DNA from: Cenococcum geophilum
Lineage: Eukaryota
Assembly: GCA_050273025.1 (NCBI GenBank)
Contig: CP158635.1
Location: 22,320,001 to 22,384,000, forward strand
DNA length: 64,000 nucleotides
Reading direction: 5' to 3'
The number at the start of each line of letters is the position of its first letter. The first letter of the stretch is position 1. Shown piece after piece: positions 36,081 to 50,131 of this stretch. A program made the translations under genes and the position numbers. Under the pieces are notes generated by a model. It saw only the letters and a list, made by a program, of their open reading frames with translations, was not told where the DNA came from and did not search any database.

Positions 36081-37842
36081 ATGGATAGAGCCAGTCAGGT
36101 ACTAGTATAAGGTGTTCCTCCTGGCGTGCCTAATTTATACTGTGCACTAGCAGATTATAGTAAGGTCGCTTATACTACTCTCTATTACCGTGATTGAGGA
36201 CGACGGTTAATTGAGGAGAAGGCTAAAAGCTAATAGTATCTTACCCCATCCGAAGTTAAAGCCGTTATTGGTTTCTTGTTACAAATGGCTAATTTTAGAT
36301 AACTTATGTGATTAAAGTATATACTTTCTATAGCCTTTAGTACTACTTACTAGCGCTCTATACTTAATAGACTACCTAAGCCTCCCGGTAGAAACTGGCT
36401 AAAGGCTTTTAAGAAACGCTATCTATAACTAAAAGTAAGAAGAGTAAAGGTGCTGGACCGGAACCGTTATAAGAAAAACACTTATAAAAAGATTATATAT
36501 TAGTTTAAAGTAATTAGAGATATATTATAAGATTTAACTATACTAGTAGAGAATATATATAATATAGATAAGACTGGAGTAATACTTAGTATATTAGGCT
36601 CTATTAAAGTCCTAATAAGTAAGGATAATATACAAGACTATAGAGGCGCGCGTATTAGGCGGACAATGGCTACTGCGATTAAATGTATTAGCGGTAACGG
36701 TAGGTATTTAACACCTATAATTATTTAGCCAGCTACCACCTATTAAAGCAACTGGACTACATTTCCTACTCCTAAATAGTAGTACGTATGCTCTAAATCT
36801 AGATATACTAACTCTAAGATTAGTTTAGAGTAGCTTAAGTGTATATTAGCCCCCTAAACTAAAGATCGAGCTAACTAGAAACTTTAAGTGCTAATTAGCG
36901 ACAGTTTCGGGATATACGAAACCCTTAAGATCCTTAAGTATTGTTTCGCAAATAATATTATTCTATATTAACTACCCTCTTATACCTCCTATAAGCTCTA
37001 ACCCTATAATATTTTAGTATTTTCCCTACTTAAGTTAGCCTATTATAAATAACTTAAATAACTTAAATAAGGAGGTGTAAATATAATTGGTAAGTAGTAT
37101 TTTATCTCTCTATATAGCCCTATAAGAGAAAGAGCGTTTATAGCTAAGAATATTAAGGCCGGTTTTACTATAAGCGGGTTAAGGCTATTTAACCTAGATA
37201 GAGTACTTAGAGGTATACTAAAACCCCTAGCTAAACTAGCCATTCTAAAAGCCGTTAAGGGAGAGGTAGAGCATTATCTATAGGATAAGGTACTATAAAT
37301 ACTTAACACTAGTACTAGTAGAGGCACTTATATTACTATAAAATCTAATTATTAAAAGGGATACTTATATGCTTAATAAGATAAATAAAAAGAGCCTATA
37401 AAGGTATATGCTCGCTAATACTGCCTAAATATCCTTTACTAAGGGTGCCCTTTGGTAGAACTAAATTTAATTCTTAACTACAATTAATAATAAAGCTAAA
37501 GTTTAATAATTAACCAAATTACTAGTACTAGGGAAGGCGAAGGTTATAAGCTATAAAGACCTTATTATAAAGTGTATTAAGAAAAAGGCTAAAGAATAAG
37601 CTAAAGTAAAGGGAGAAGGAAAGTATAGATATAAGCGTAAAAGTTTTATAGAGGCAGACGCCCTAGAGCTAGGCGCCCTAGAGCTAAGTAAGGTAAAGCG
37701 TAAATAGAAGCGTAAGAGTCTACTAGAAGTAGGTGTAAAGGCCAAAGTTATATATATAGGTAAAGCGCTAGAGCTAGTAAGGGGCCTAATAGTAGCGTAG
37801 GCGAGCGAAGTACAAGTTGCTTTAGTAGCGCGAATAGTATAA
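36081..37842 (+). pseudogene. Fot1/pogo-family (Tc1-mariner) DDE transposase, RIP'd
   Basis: De-RIP MDRASQVLAQGVPPGVP..., NVYNMDETG (~36552-36578), LI.DGFGTHET (~36891-36923), LPSHTSHKLQP.D (~36972-37010). Repeated GAACAAGGTAGAGGTT at the right end (37868-37905) has only a degenerate inverted match at ~35848-35880. Confidence 0.88.
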
Positions 37843-38105
37843 GATTGTCATATAAGTAGGTATAGAGGAACAAGGTAGAGGTTTGCGAAGAACAAGGTAG
37901 AGGTTACGGAGAACGAGATTATAGCAGTAGGGTACTTACGCAGGTAGTGTAACCTATTATATTCCTGTATAGTAGAAGTTAGTATTAGTTACTTACTTAG
38001 CGCAATAATATAACGGGAATTATTACACACTATCTTCTACTAGTTATTAGCTTAGTGGAGTTTAGTCCCCTACTCTTATCTAAAAGTTATTATTATTAGA
38101 GTTAC

Positions 38106-38526
38106 TGTTACAGACCTTATATTAGCAGTAGTAGTACTACTAAGAAGAGATATAAATGGGTTAGTTAGGGCAGTATAGGAGGAACTGGAACCGATCGAGC
38201 TATAGAACGAGGGGTAGCTAAGTTACGTGGCTAGTTACGTTATAAGTTTAGAATGTAGTAATGTAAGAATATAGGAATGTGGGACGTACCGACGTACTGA
38301 CGTACTAACGTACTTAGTATATTTCCCAGGCGCAGTATTATATATTTAAAGGACCATAGTCCCTACTTAGATAGTTCTCTTCTTTATAATAAATCTTAGA
38401 ATATAATTAGAGTTAATCTATTAGGTAACTACTCTACTATTATATTTATATTATTAACTTATTCTTACCTATATACCTAGCTTATTAATAAGTCTACTGT
38501 AGTATTTCCTATAAGGCTTTATTATA
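38106..38526 (+). repeat. 5' LTR of Gypsy-4
   Basis: Starts TGTTAC. The 3' half aligns to the reverse complement of the Gypsy-3 LTR. Contains an 8-bp tandem repeat GACGTACT x4 at ~38283-38314. Confidence 0.85.
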
Positions 38527-41500
38527 TATTTACTACTAAGATTATAATATTAATAAGTTAAGTAATATATCACTAAAAGTACTAGTTATAACGCCGTTAA
38601 TAATAGCAACTACTTTAGGAATAAGTGGAGACACTAGTATACGGGATACTAATTTATAGCTTGTTACGGTAGGTTAATTACAGGAAATACTTAATTAGTT
38701 AATAAGTAATAATTAAATACTCAAAGAACAAATTAACGGAATTGGAGTGATAAAAGTTAAGTTACTATTAGTTAAACAATTCTTAGAAGAAAAGTTAAAG
38801 CTTAAGGGATTTCTTATATTAATGCGCTTTAAGGTAATATAAGAAGGCGTAAAGCCTCCATACTAATAGACTAAGTAGTCTACGCAGGATTATTCTTAAT
38901 AGGAAGAGCGCTTAAGTAGTTTAAATCTTACCTTACGGAAATATAAGAGCGTAGAGATATAACTACTAATTTAGAAGTTAAATATATATTCTTAAGCTAG
39001 AACGGATTTGTAAATTAACTTATATAAATATTTAGGGATTTAAAGGCAGTTACTATAGTGGAACGGAAGCTTTAAAACCTAGTATAACGAACCTTAGCAA
39101 TTAAGTATATAATATAATTTTAAACACTAGCTATATAGGTTAAGTGGAATAATAAGGCGCTTATAGTATAGTATAAATAGGGACTTAAGGTAAAAGTCTA
39201 GGATATAATTATCCTAATAGAAGATATGGATACGCTTAGAGAGCTAATAGATTAAGTAATTAAAATTAATAATAGTATCTATTAAAGGGAACAAGCCAAG
39301 AAATAGTAAGATAGAGTTCTATAGTTATATAAGGAGTACGTAGCAATAACCCTAGAAACTATAGAATAATAAACCAGAGCTAATAGACCTAAGTAGTATT
39401 AAAGAATCTAGAAATTAGAATAGGAAACTATAGAAACCTAGAGGTTAAGGATTAAGTAATTATAGGACTAAGGAGTAGAGGCCGAACCAGGGATCTTAAT
39501 AGTAAAAGGCGTTTAGGCGGACTCTATAGTAGGAAAAGTAGTATAAAGAAGGGGCTTATATAAACTATAAAAAATGGGGTCATTTCGCCAAAGACTATAG
39601 AAGTAGTTAGTATAACTACGTAGTAAAGGGAATGAGACTACTTAGCGACATATATGTATAAAGGGATAATAATATACTATAAGGAACTAAAGAGTATTTA
39701 ATTAATTACTTTGCGTTTTATTATAATAACGCATGCTAAGTTTATAAGGACGCTAAGTACGGCGTAAGCTATTAGCTATAAGAGCCCAAGTTAAGGGGAC
39801 TTTAGGGTATAAGAGAGTTAGATAAGGAACAGGATTAACTTTATAAACTAGATTAGGACGAAGACGGTATATATAGCTAGCAGTTGGTGGAGAAAGTTCT
39901 TACGCACTAGTTCTACCAGGCAATGGAATCTAAGAATTGGAATAATTAGACTATTAGTAGCAATTATAAGAAGAAGTAAGCGACTAATTAGGAGTATATA
40001 AAACTTAGATATATAATAGAGGTAGAGAATAATTCCACTATAGAATAGGGAATATTAATAGGGATTAAAACTCTATTAGACACGATGTTTATTACTTTAT
40101 AAAATGTAAGAGAAGTAGAATAATAAGCCACTTTAGCACTTAATAAAGGCAAAAGGCTAAAGATATAAGATTTTTAGAACGAGGTAAGTAAGATTTAAGA
40201 TTCTAACTAACGGATAAGAATATAATCTAGCTATCTACAAGAATAGATTAAAGTAGGAAATATAGCGTAAAACTCTTAAAACAAGATAAGCAAGATTTAA
40301 GACTTTTAAAATAAGATAAGAATACTACAGAAGCCTAGTTAGACTAAGGCTAAAGTATAAATTAGAAAAGAAGTAAGCTTAAAATTAAAAATCCTATAGG
40401 ACTAAGACTTCAATACTAGGATAAGAACTATTAAAGAAATTACGAGTAAGGCCCAGCAATAGGATTAAAAAGTTAATACCTTAGTTAAAAATCACGAAGG
40501 CTTTAACCTATTAGTAAGAAAAAAACCAGATAAAAGTAGTAAAGAATTTAGGAATAGAATCTTTATATAGTAAAAATAGATGCTAAAAGTAATAGATTAT
40601 TTAGGGAAAAGAGTACCTATAAGAAGGATTACTAATAGGCCTAAGTTAGGCACGTTAAAAGTAAAATAGCTAATTAAACTGGAAGAAGAAGAGGATTTAA
40701 GAATCCTAACTAGGTTTAAAAAACGATATATAAAGGGCTATTATAACGCAGTAATAAAAAGATATTTCCTTATAGATAGACTATATATACTTAAGGAGCT
40801 ATATTAAAAGTAGTATAGGCAACGATATAGTAATAAGTAAGAGGACTTTTATATATAGCTAGACGAATAAGTTGTCTAAGACTAACTAATTATAGAAAAA
40901 GGCATAAATTATATTAAGGGAGCCTTAATTATAATATTAAAAGATTTTAAAAAATAATTAGAGGACTAGAAAAGTAAATAATAAGTCTTAATACCTATAA
41001 ATATAATAGCAATATTTAGATAAGTATAATAGAGGTTTAAGCTTAAGGATAAGGATAAACTAAGAGTTAACCTAAAGCACCTAGCGTATTATATATTAGT
41101 ATAGATTGCGTGTATAGATAATATAGATAATATGCATAAAAATCTAAAAGAAAAGAATTATAAATACCTTATAAGAATATATTAGGCGCTAAAGGAGCAA
41201 TAGTATAGAAATTCTAAGTATATATATAGATAGCATCTAATAGAAGTTTAGGAGTTAGAAGACTTAATACTTTAACTAAAAAGATTTCTTACGGAAAAGT
41301 GCTTAGATGGATAATAGTAGTAGAAATGCCTAGAGAATACGTATTTATAGTATATTAAGGATAAAAAGTAAATAAGATATTAGCTAAAGAGCGAGCTAAG
41401 TATAGTAGGATTAAGTAGCTAATAGTTAGGAAAAGGGGAGGCCTATAAAACTAGAGGGAGCTAGTAGTAAAGCCTTAGACCCTTAAAGGGATTTAAAAAC

Positions 41501-44130
41501 AACACCTAAATTTATAAGTTAATTAGTAGTTAAAGCATTAGTAGATAGTAAAGCAACTAGAAACCATATCTTACTAGTAGTAATTAAAAGAATAGGATTA
41601 CCTTATAGATAGAAGAGGTACTTTTACCTATTAGTTATAATTTTAGGAGATCTAATAGCCTATAGAGGAGGTATTATTAATCTTAAAATATGACCTATTT
41701 AGCTAACTATTAAAGAAAGACAAATTAAGATATCTTTTAATATCCTATTATTAGAACGGGATAAGGCAGTATTAGGTATACCTTAGTTATAGGAATATAA
41801 TCTAAGAATTAATTAGGTTATAGGTTAGGTTAATATTAAAGATACTTAATAACGCAAAACGTAACAATAAACTAAGATAGTATGGTACTAAGTTAGAGCA
41901 ATATACAAGGAAACTAAGAAAGGGTTGTCCTATATACTAAAGAGATACTATAAGTATAGTAAAAAGCTATAGAGCCTAAAAAGCAAAAAGCTATTAAAAT
42001 ATATAGCATAAAACTATAAAATAGAGTTAGAACTAGAAATAAGTTTGAAGTTCTTTCTAATTTATAAGCTAACTAAAGAAGAGTTAAAGGCACTTAAGGA
42101 GTTTGTCTAGGAAAACCTACAAAAGGGATATATTAGACTATTATAGTCATTAGCAGGTTATCTAGTACTATTTATACTAAAGAAGAATAGAAAACTTAGA
42201 CTATATATTAACTATAAATAGTTAAACAACATTACCAGAAAGGATAGATATTCTTTACCCTTAATTAGCAAAATTTAAGACTAAATAGGTAATACGCAAA
42301 TCCTTATAAAGATAGATCTAAGGTAGGTATATTATTAGATTAGGATTAAGAAAGGCAACAAATAAAAGGCAGCTTTTAGGTTAAAGGAAGGACTATATAA
42401 GCTATTAGTTATATAATTCGGACTTATAAATATACTAGCAACGTTTAGAAGTAGATTAATATATTAGGAGAACACCTTAATAAGTTTATTATAGTATACC
42501 TTGACGATATTATTATTTACTTAATAACTAAGGAATAATATAGGGAATACATTAAATAGGTCTTAAAGAGACTATAAGAAGAACAGATGCTAGTAGTAAT
42601 TAAAAAATATAAGTTCTTTACTAAGAAGACAGATTTTATTAGATTTATTATTAAACTAGGTCATATTAGTATAGACCTAAAGAAAATTAAAGCTATAGTA
42701 AGTTAGTAAGAACTAGAAAATATAATATAGTTAAGGTTATTCCTAGGATTTTATAACTACTATAGGAGATTTATAGCATAATAGTTAATAAGTATTAAGC
42801 TATTTATAAGATTAATAAAGAAAGAGGAACTATAGATATAGGGAAATAAATAAAGAGAGTTATTCTAAAACCTTAAGATAAAATTTACCTAGAAGCTAAT
42901 CCTTAAAATCTATTAATTAAGATTAGAGATAATTATAGAGATGGACGTATTAGACTTTATATTAGGAGTATATTTACTATAAAAGTATAGAAATACATAG
43001 CACCTAGTATTATACTATAGTTAAAAAAAATAACACTACTAGAACTAAACTATAATATTTATAATAAGGAGTTATTAGGTATAGTTATAGTACTTAAAAA
43101 ATAGAGAGCATTCTTATAAGGTATAGAAAAACTATTTATAGTTAAAACGGATTATAAGAACCTAATGGGGTTCCTAATAATAAAGGAGCTTAATTAAAGA
43201 TAAGTTAGATAGGCAGAGATGCTAGCAGAATACTATTTTAAGATTTAGTATACTAAGGGCACTAAGAATATAAGGGCAGACATACTTAGTAGAAAAGCTA
43301 AACTATAAAATAACGAAAAGCTATTAGGGGCAATATTATATAAAGATAGCGATGGATTAATTAGATATAATTATCCTAAAATTATAGTAACCTAAGAATA
43401 TAAGCTACTAGAAAGCAGCTAAACTAGAAAAATCTAAGAAGTATAATTTAAGGACCTAGATATAGAGCAATATAAGAATTAAGAAGGGACGTATATACTA
43501 AGGGGTGTTATAAGGGAATTTGTTAAAGACTTCTATAAGGGAATAATATGGAGATATAATGGAGCCGCAGGCTTGGTATTAAGACTCTAAAAGGAGTATA
43601 TTATTAATAGAATTTAGAGCTTAGCAAGAAAAATTATAAGGGAATGCCTAGATTACTAAAGGAATAAGCTAATAAGGTATAAGCTGTATAGAAAGCTATA
43701 GCCTATTAAGATACCAGAACGTCTATAGGAGGTAATATTATAGGACTTTATTATAAAGTTACTAAAATTAAAAAACTTTATTACCGAATAGGAATATAAC
43801 TTAATCCTAGTAATAGTGGACAAGTTAACTAAGTAGGGCTATTTTATAGCATATATAGAAGAAATCTTAGCAGAAGATATTACTAGAATTTATATTAAAG
43901 AAGTATTTGCAAAATATAGAGTACTAAATAAAATTATATTAGATAGAGATCTAAGATTTATAGCAGTATTTTAGGAAGTATTCTTAGCGGAATAAGGGGT
44001 TCGCGTAGTAATATTAATAGTATACTACTTACAAACGGATAGGCAGGTAGGAAGATTAAATTAGATATTAGAGTAGTATCTAAAATATTTTATTAACCAC
44101 GCATAGAATAATTAGGTATTATTATTACTA
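38106..44130 (+). mobile_element. Ty3/Gypsy element of the Gypsy-3 family, cut off inside integrase (Gypsy-4)
   Basis: 5' LTR at 38106-38526. Gag-pol collinear with the reverse complement of Gypsy-3; RT YLDDIIIY at ~42497-42520. Similarity stops abruptly at 44130. Upstream 5-mer GTTAC (38101-38105) is the expected TSD. Confidence 0.92.
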
Positions 44131-44543
44131 CTAGAATCTTGTTGTTGGGGAAGACGCAGCCGGATTTGGAGGTTCCTCCCCCCCGTTTTAGGAGGCTGTT
44201 TCTCCTCGCTTAGACCTATATCTATCGCCGCTTTTGTAACATACTAAGTATACTAAGGACGGTAGGGTCTCCCTTACTTATCTACTAAACCTAGAAGCTC
44301 CCCAAATATCCCTCGGCGGCTAACGTTATTTAAGAAGCTATAAACGTCCGCCGCCTACCTTTATCCTTATCCTCTGCTAAAAGTACTACCCTTATATAAC
44401 AAAACCTCCCTTCTATACTATGCTCCTTTAACCCTTTTCCCACAGTAGTTATATATATATTTTCCCCTATTATTATATCGTTTACTTCTAATACTTAATT
44501 TCTAGGTTTCTACCTATGGGGTTTTTTTGCCCTGTCCTGCTCT

Positions 44544-44717
44544 TGTCAGATAACTTATATAGAGCTATTTATTGATGAAATAGGTTGATTAATTAATGAT
44601 TTTGATCGTGTCTTGACCTAGGGCCCCTGGGCTTAGACGAAGATATTTACAATATACGTAACCTATGCACGTGACTTATATACGTCCTACGCTATAGAGA
44701 ATACAGATTATCTGATA
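44544..44717 (-). repeat. 3' LTR of the Copia
   Basis: TGTCAGATAA...TTATCTGATA; direct repeat of 49958-50131. Confidence 0.93.
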
Positions 44718-47700
44718 CACCCCCTTAGCTTTGACCTGGTTGAGGACGAAGCTAACTACCTTCTTATGTCTGTTAATGCGTCAATTAAGCTATAATCTTA
44801 TCTAAATCCTTCCGTCTTGCTCTGATCTTCTCCCTTAGGTCCTCTAATTACTTCTCCTTATTTAGCTACTCCTTAATATCTACTATTCCGATTATATTAA
44901 CGAAGCTTTAAAACCTCTGCTTAGGTAGGGCCTTTATAAGTTTATTAGCAATTATCTCCTTCGTCGCTGTCTATTGAAATCGTACTTGTCTTATTACGTA
45001 TTCCTAATATAGCTAGTGTTAATAGATATTAATATGTCGGAGCTTTATAATTAGCTTTGCCATGTCTTTTATAATTAGTTAGAGCGTCTAGGTATTATTA
45101 CATTTAATAATTAAGAGCTTATTTAGCTATAATATTATTACTTTAAATAGCCTACTAATAAAGATAGCTTTTTTTGCTGTCTATAATAGGGCTAATAACT
45201 CGGCTTCTGTGCTTAACGTCGTAACTATACCCTGCTTATTTGCTCTTTAGGCGATTAGTCCCCCGAATAGCTTTATAATATATCCTTATAAGCTCTTTCT
45301 ATCGACGGAATTGTCCGTAAATAATGCATCGCTAGCATAGATAAATGATTGCGCTTTACTTCTACCATCTCTTCCATCGTCTCGTCCTTTATCGCGTATT
45401 TCTTTGTCTTTCCCTCTACCGTTTATTCCTTCCTTATCTCCTCTATAGTAGATTGCTCTGCTCCTTATGCTATATAGGTACTAGATAACTTTGTCTACCG
45501 CTTAATAGTGCTCTTAGCTTAGGTCCTAATTGAACCTTACTAGCTATAATACTGCAAAGGCAATATCCGGACGCGTTGTAGTGGCTATATAGAGTACTAA
45601 ACCTAGTTTTCTCTAATATAGCATTGTAGAAGCTAGTAGGGATATAGGATAGACTAATAGGTCTGTATTGGGGGACGGACGCGTTAGACGGATTATATGG
45701 TGATTAGTAGGGAGGAGTTCCGATTCTGCTATAGGAGTGTTTAGAAGACGCCCTCTAAGATCTATCTTATACTGGTTAGCTATCTTCTTAATATAGGCTT
45801 CCTAGGATAGCTATAGGAGCCTTTAGCTATAATTGCGTAGTATATAGATTTGTAGGAACTATTTTAGCTCGCTAAGGGTACTTATCTAGTATTCCCTGCT
45901 CAGCTCCTTAATTACTTCTTAAGCTTTCTTCTTATTTGTCTTTTGGTAGCAGAAGACAATATTATCGGCGTAGAAGAAGACGACTATTTTACCTTTTAGC
46001 ATAATGTATAGCTTTTAAGGTACCTCTTTAAAGCCTAATTCGTTTAACAAGCTTGTGAGATTCTTCTGCTATAATAGTGGTAATCGTTGTAGTCCGTAAA
46101 GGGCTTTTCTTAAGCGTAGTACTTTATCTTTCTTTCCGTTATTAAATCCTAGCAATAGCTTTATATAGACGACTTTATCAAGATCGCAATAGATAAACGC
46201 GTTAACTATATCTATCTATATCGTCTTTAGGTTGAATTTTGCGGTGATCGCTATTAGGGTCTAAAAGGTCGTACTTGCTAATGTAGTAGCTCTTGTAGGT
46301 AGGTCTCCTAGGGCCTATTAATTTCCGTATACTACTAAGCGTGCCTTACATTTCTGGAGGAATTTATACTCGTCTATCTTATAAACAAATACCTACATTA
46401 AACTAAGGATCTGCTGTCCCTTTGCGTACTTTTTATCTATTTCTTAAAATAACCTTATTTAATGATGAGATTAAAGGTAGGCTTGTTAAGCCTTTTAGAA
46501 ATAATCTTAAAGAGGATGCGTATTAAGGTTGCGGATTAACTAAGGTAGCGGAGGTAAGTTCTTCCTATATAATCTAATATTACGTATTTTACCTAATTTC
46601 AGCTTACTGTTATTAGGTTAACTATTAAGGTTAAACTTTCTTCTTGCTAAAAAGGTGCCGTGATAGGCTAATGTAATCCTTTTAGTAATAAAGTCTTTAA
46701 ACCTATTATTGCTGGCTTCCTTAAACAAGTCTTTAACTAAGTCATTAGATACTCCCTAAGTATTAAACGCATCTCCTACTTAATAAGCGACGTCTTAATT
46801 AGTACCTTATATATCTAACTTTATAGAATACTCGACGTAAAAGGTATATGGAGATTCTTTATCTTTTTCTATTGGAGGTGGCGTATAATATACGTCTTTA
46901 AGAGCTTTTATAAGCTTAAGATCTGCTAACTTATTAAAGGCTTAAACTGGCTTATTAACGTCGTCGTCTTCCTCTTAAATTGACGGTTTAAATACTTCTT
47001 TATTATCTTCCAGAAGGACCTTATTCTTAGTCTGGGTATTAGGTAGTTAAATCTTCTCAATTAGCGTATTTAATTCGGCGTGTAGATCCTTTAAGATGTC
47101 CGTTCGCTTGCTGTTAAAAAACGTCTTTTTGTTAAAGATGATATCCCTAGTAGAGATGACGATACCCTTATATAGGATCCAGATCCTATAGATATTGGTA
47201 GAGTTATAGCCGATAAGGTAGCTAATATAGGCTCTCAGATCTAGCTTGCTTAGTCTTTTCTTCTTTAGCTAGGCGTCTAACGTTATCATATACGCCCTAT
47301 AGCCGTAGGCTTTTAGGTACGCTAGTTGTAGTTTTCTTAATCTCCTATTAGCTAGGAAGGTATAGAACCTTTTATATAGCGATTTCTATCTATTGCTTTC
47401 TCGTAGCGTTTAATCTTAAACGTAGACTGTATAGTTAACTATCTCATCCTATAAGTTATGTGGTAGATTAGCAGCAATTCTTATTGCCCGTGCTCTCTTA
47501 ATAATTACACCCCCTAAGCGTTTAGCGGTACTATTCTGAGCTTAGGTATATAGCGCTAAAGGCTTAAATATAATCCCTTAGGACTATAGCTATTTAAGGG
47601 TTATCTTTTTCCCTAGCTCGTTGTCTAATCTAATGGTGTTAACTTTAAGGTTATACCTCAGACAAATCCATTAAGTGAAATCTTTAAGCACTTATAGTGT

Positions 47701-49702
47701 CTCCTTTTTTTACTATGCGTTGTTATAAAATATGGGAAGGTTCTTTCTAAGAAGGTATTATAGATAAATATAACTTATATAAATCTAGCATGCGCTTCCT
47801 TAAGGTCAGTTTAGTTAATATAGAGGTTAAGATAAGGTTTATTAATATTTTATTTTAAGAACCTTCTTAAGACCTAATGCTTAATTTTGGCGAGACTGTA
47901 ATATTAATATTCTATTATCTTTGGGCCTTAAAGCTTAACTTCTAAGGCATTAAGACCTAAATAATAAAGGCTTATAGGTCCTGGATAACCTAAACGCAGA
48001 TACTATAGATATGCATCTCCTTTCAAATCTAGATGAGCGTCTCTTGATAATACTCTGCGCTTTTATTAGCATAGCAGTCGGCTTATATTAAACGCTAATA
48101 GACTTCCTAGTCGGACGTATTTAATAGTCTATTATCTGTAACGTTCTTCCATTTAATATAGGATTATATTATCCTTCCAAACTAAAAGATTGTTATCTCC
48201 TTTATTGTCCTAGTAGTACCCTTATTTTTAAAGTAGACGGAACGATATAAGGTTTATATTAAAGTCCATATAAAAAGCAACGTCCTTAAGACGTAGGATT
48301 CCCTTACTCTTGTCCAGTTTTGTGACTTAGATAATAATATTGCTGTAGCCTAGTATAGGCACTTCTAAGCTACCGGCGATAACGTATTTATATCTTAAAG
48401 CTTTCCTAAAGTTATAGAAACAAGAGAGGTTATTAAAGATGTAGAGAGTGGTTCCTAAGTTAAGAATAGTTAATAGCTTTAGCGGATAGAGTTAACCGGT
48501 ATAATACGATTCTAGGAATATCGCATTAGCTTCTCCCTTAATCTTAACTTCTTAACTCTTATCCTGTCGTTATTAAGCCTCATCTTCTTATTCTTTAAGT
48601 CTGATCTTTGTAACTTAGTCAGCGAGATCCTTATTCTTTTCTACCTTCTTTAGCACCCTTTTAATGCGAGCATCTCCGATTATGACTCCTTCGGGTCTCT
48701 TGTCTTTAAATAAATACTAACAGTCTTAAAAGGAATGTCCTTGTTTCTCACACACTAAGCACACGGGTAGTAGCTTCTTATGGGACGTCTTCTTATCTAC
48801 CAGTGACCCGGCTCTCTTTAAGCGTCTAGTATATACTAAGGTTCCTTTCCCTAGACCTTTAGTAGTATTAAAGTAATCCATTATAGCTTGCTCTGCGAAG
48901 TCTGTATTAAAAGTACTCCCTTTTATAGTAGTATTGGCTTTCTTTAAGGGTATTCTAAGTCCTTCTTACAGCTCCTTTACTACTCTACGGTATTTGGAAG
49001 ATCTTAACTTCTAAGGGTTATTTAACTTAGTAGTATACTTTATATAGTAGGCGTCGCTAAAAGGTTAAATAACTTCTGCTAAATCTTATAGCCAGATTCC
49101 ATCTAATATTTAAGGGATCTTATATTTCTCTCCTAGTACTATTATATATTCCTATTAATCTAACTACTAATTTAATTTTAATATGTGTTTAAACCCCTTA
49201 AGGGCTTCCGTATACTAGTGTTATACCTTCTTCCTAATAAACGATAAGGTAGGTTCTATATTCTTCTTTAACTAAAATAGCCATTTCTTGACGGTTAAGG
49301 AAGGGTTAAGCAGTAGCTTCTTCTAAATTAATACTATAGACGTAATCTAGGTGCGGATCTGTTGAAGATAATCTTCCTATCTTAGGAAATACTTTATATC
49401 CTAGTCGTAGTATCGTCTGCTATTCTTGTACGCTTTCTGTTAATTCGACGAGAGCTATGCATATAAGGTTGCATTCTCATTGAAATCTATAACCTTTAGA
49501 TAAGGTAGTTTTTTAAGTAGACCTTCTTAAGGTGCTTCTGTAGCTAGGTTAATATAGGCCCAAATTTACTAATCCATAAGGGCTTGGAGTTGCTATAGCT
49601 ATTATTCCCAGTCTTCTGGCTTATTAAGGATTATTGTATTCAATGAGGTAGTTAGTAGAGTCATTTAACTAATAGGCAAAGGAGAAATTAAAATGGTATT
49701 TT

Positions 49703-49820
49703 GTCGTCAGAATCGTCCTTGTCATCAGGATCGTCCTTATCGTCAGGATCGTCCTTATCGTCAGGATTGTCCTTTGACGATTAAGGTAGAATCTCGTGGA
49801 ATCTCGTGGAATCTCGTCCT
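49703..49820. repeat. Short tandem repeats in the Copia 5' leader
   Basis: ~4 copies of the 18-mer TCGTCAGGATCGTCCTTA, then GAATCTCGTG x3. Confidence 0.8.
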
Positions 49821-49957
49821 GTGACAATTGAGGTAGGATTTCAATCAGGGTCGTCTTGTGACGATGAGGTATCAGAGTCTGACGATAAGGTAGAATTTCT
49901 TCAAATGATTAAGTAATAGCTGAATAGCTTCTTATGTCGGCGGACCGGGCTTATAAC

Positions 49958-50131
49958 TATTAGATAACTCATATAGAGCTATTCATTGATGAAATGGGTT
50001 GATTGATTGATGATCTTAATCGTGTCTTGACCTAGGGCCCCTGGGCTTAGACGAAGATATTTACAATGCACGTAACCCGTACATGTGACTCGTGCACGTC
50101 CTACGCCACAGAGAATACAGATTATCTGACA
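49958..50131 (-). repeat. 5' LTR of the Copia
   Basis: Direct repeat of 44544-44717; ends TCTGACA, followed by TSD GCTCT. Confidence 0.93.

Larger units (their letters stand above)
44544..50131 (-). mobile_element. Full-length Ty1/Copia LTR retrotransposon, RIP'd
   Basis: 174-bp LTRs at 44544-44717 and 49958-50131. TSD GCTCT at 44539-44543 and 50132-50136. PBS-like GTTATAAGCCC after the 5' LTR; PPT at 44718-44728. Motifs LRKALYGL (~46091-46115) and FFYADN (for YVDD, ~45961-45978). Integrase precedes RT. Confidence 0.95.
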
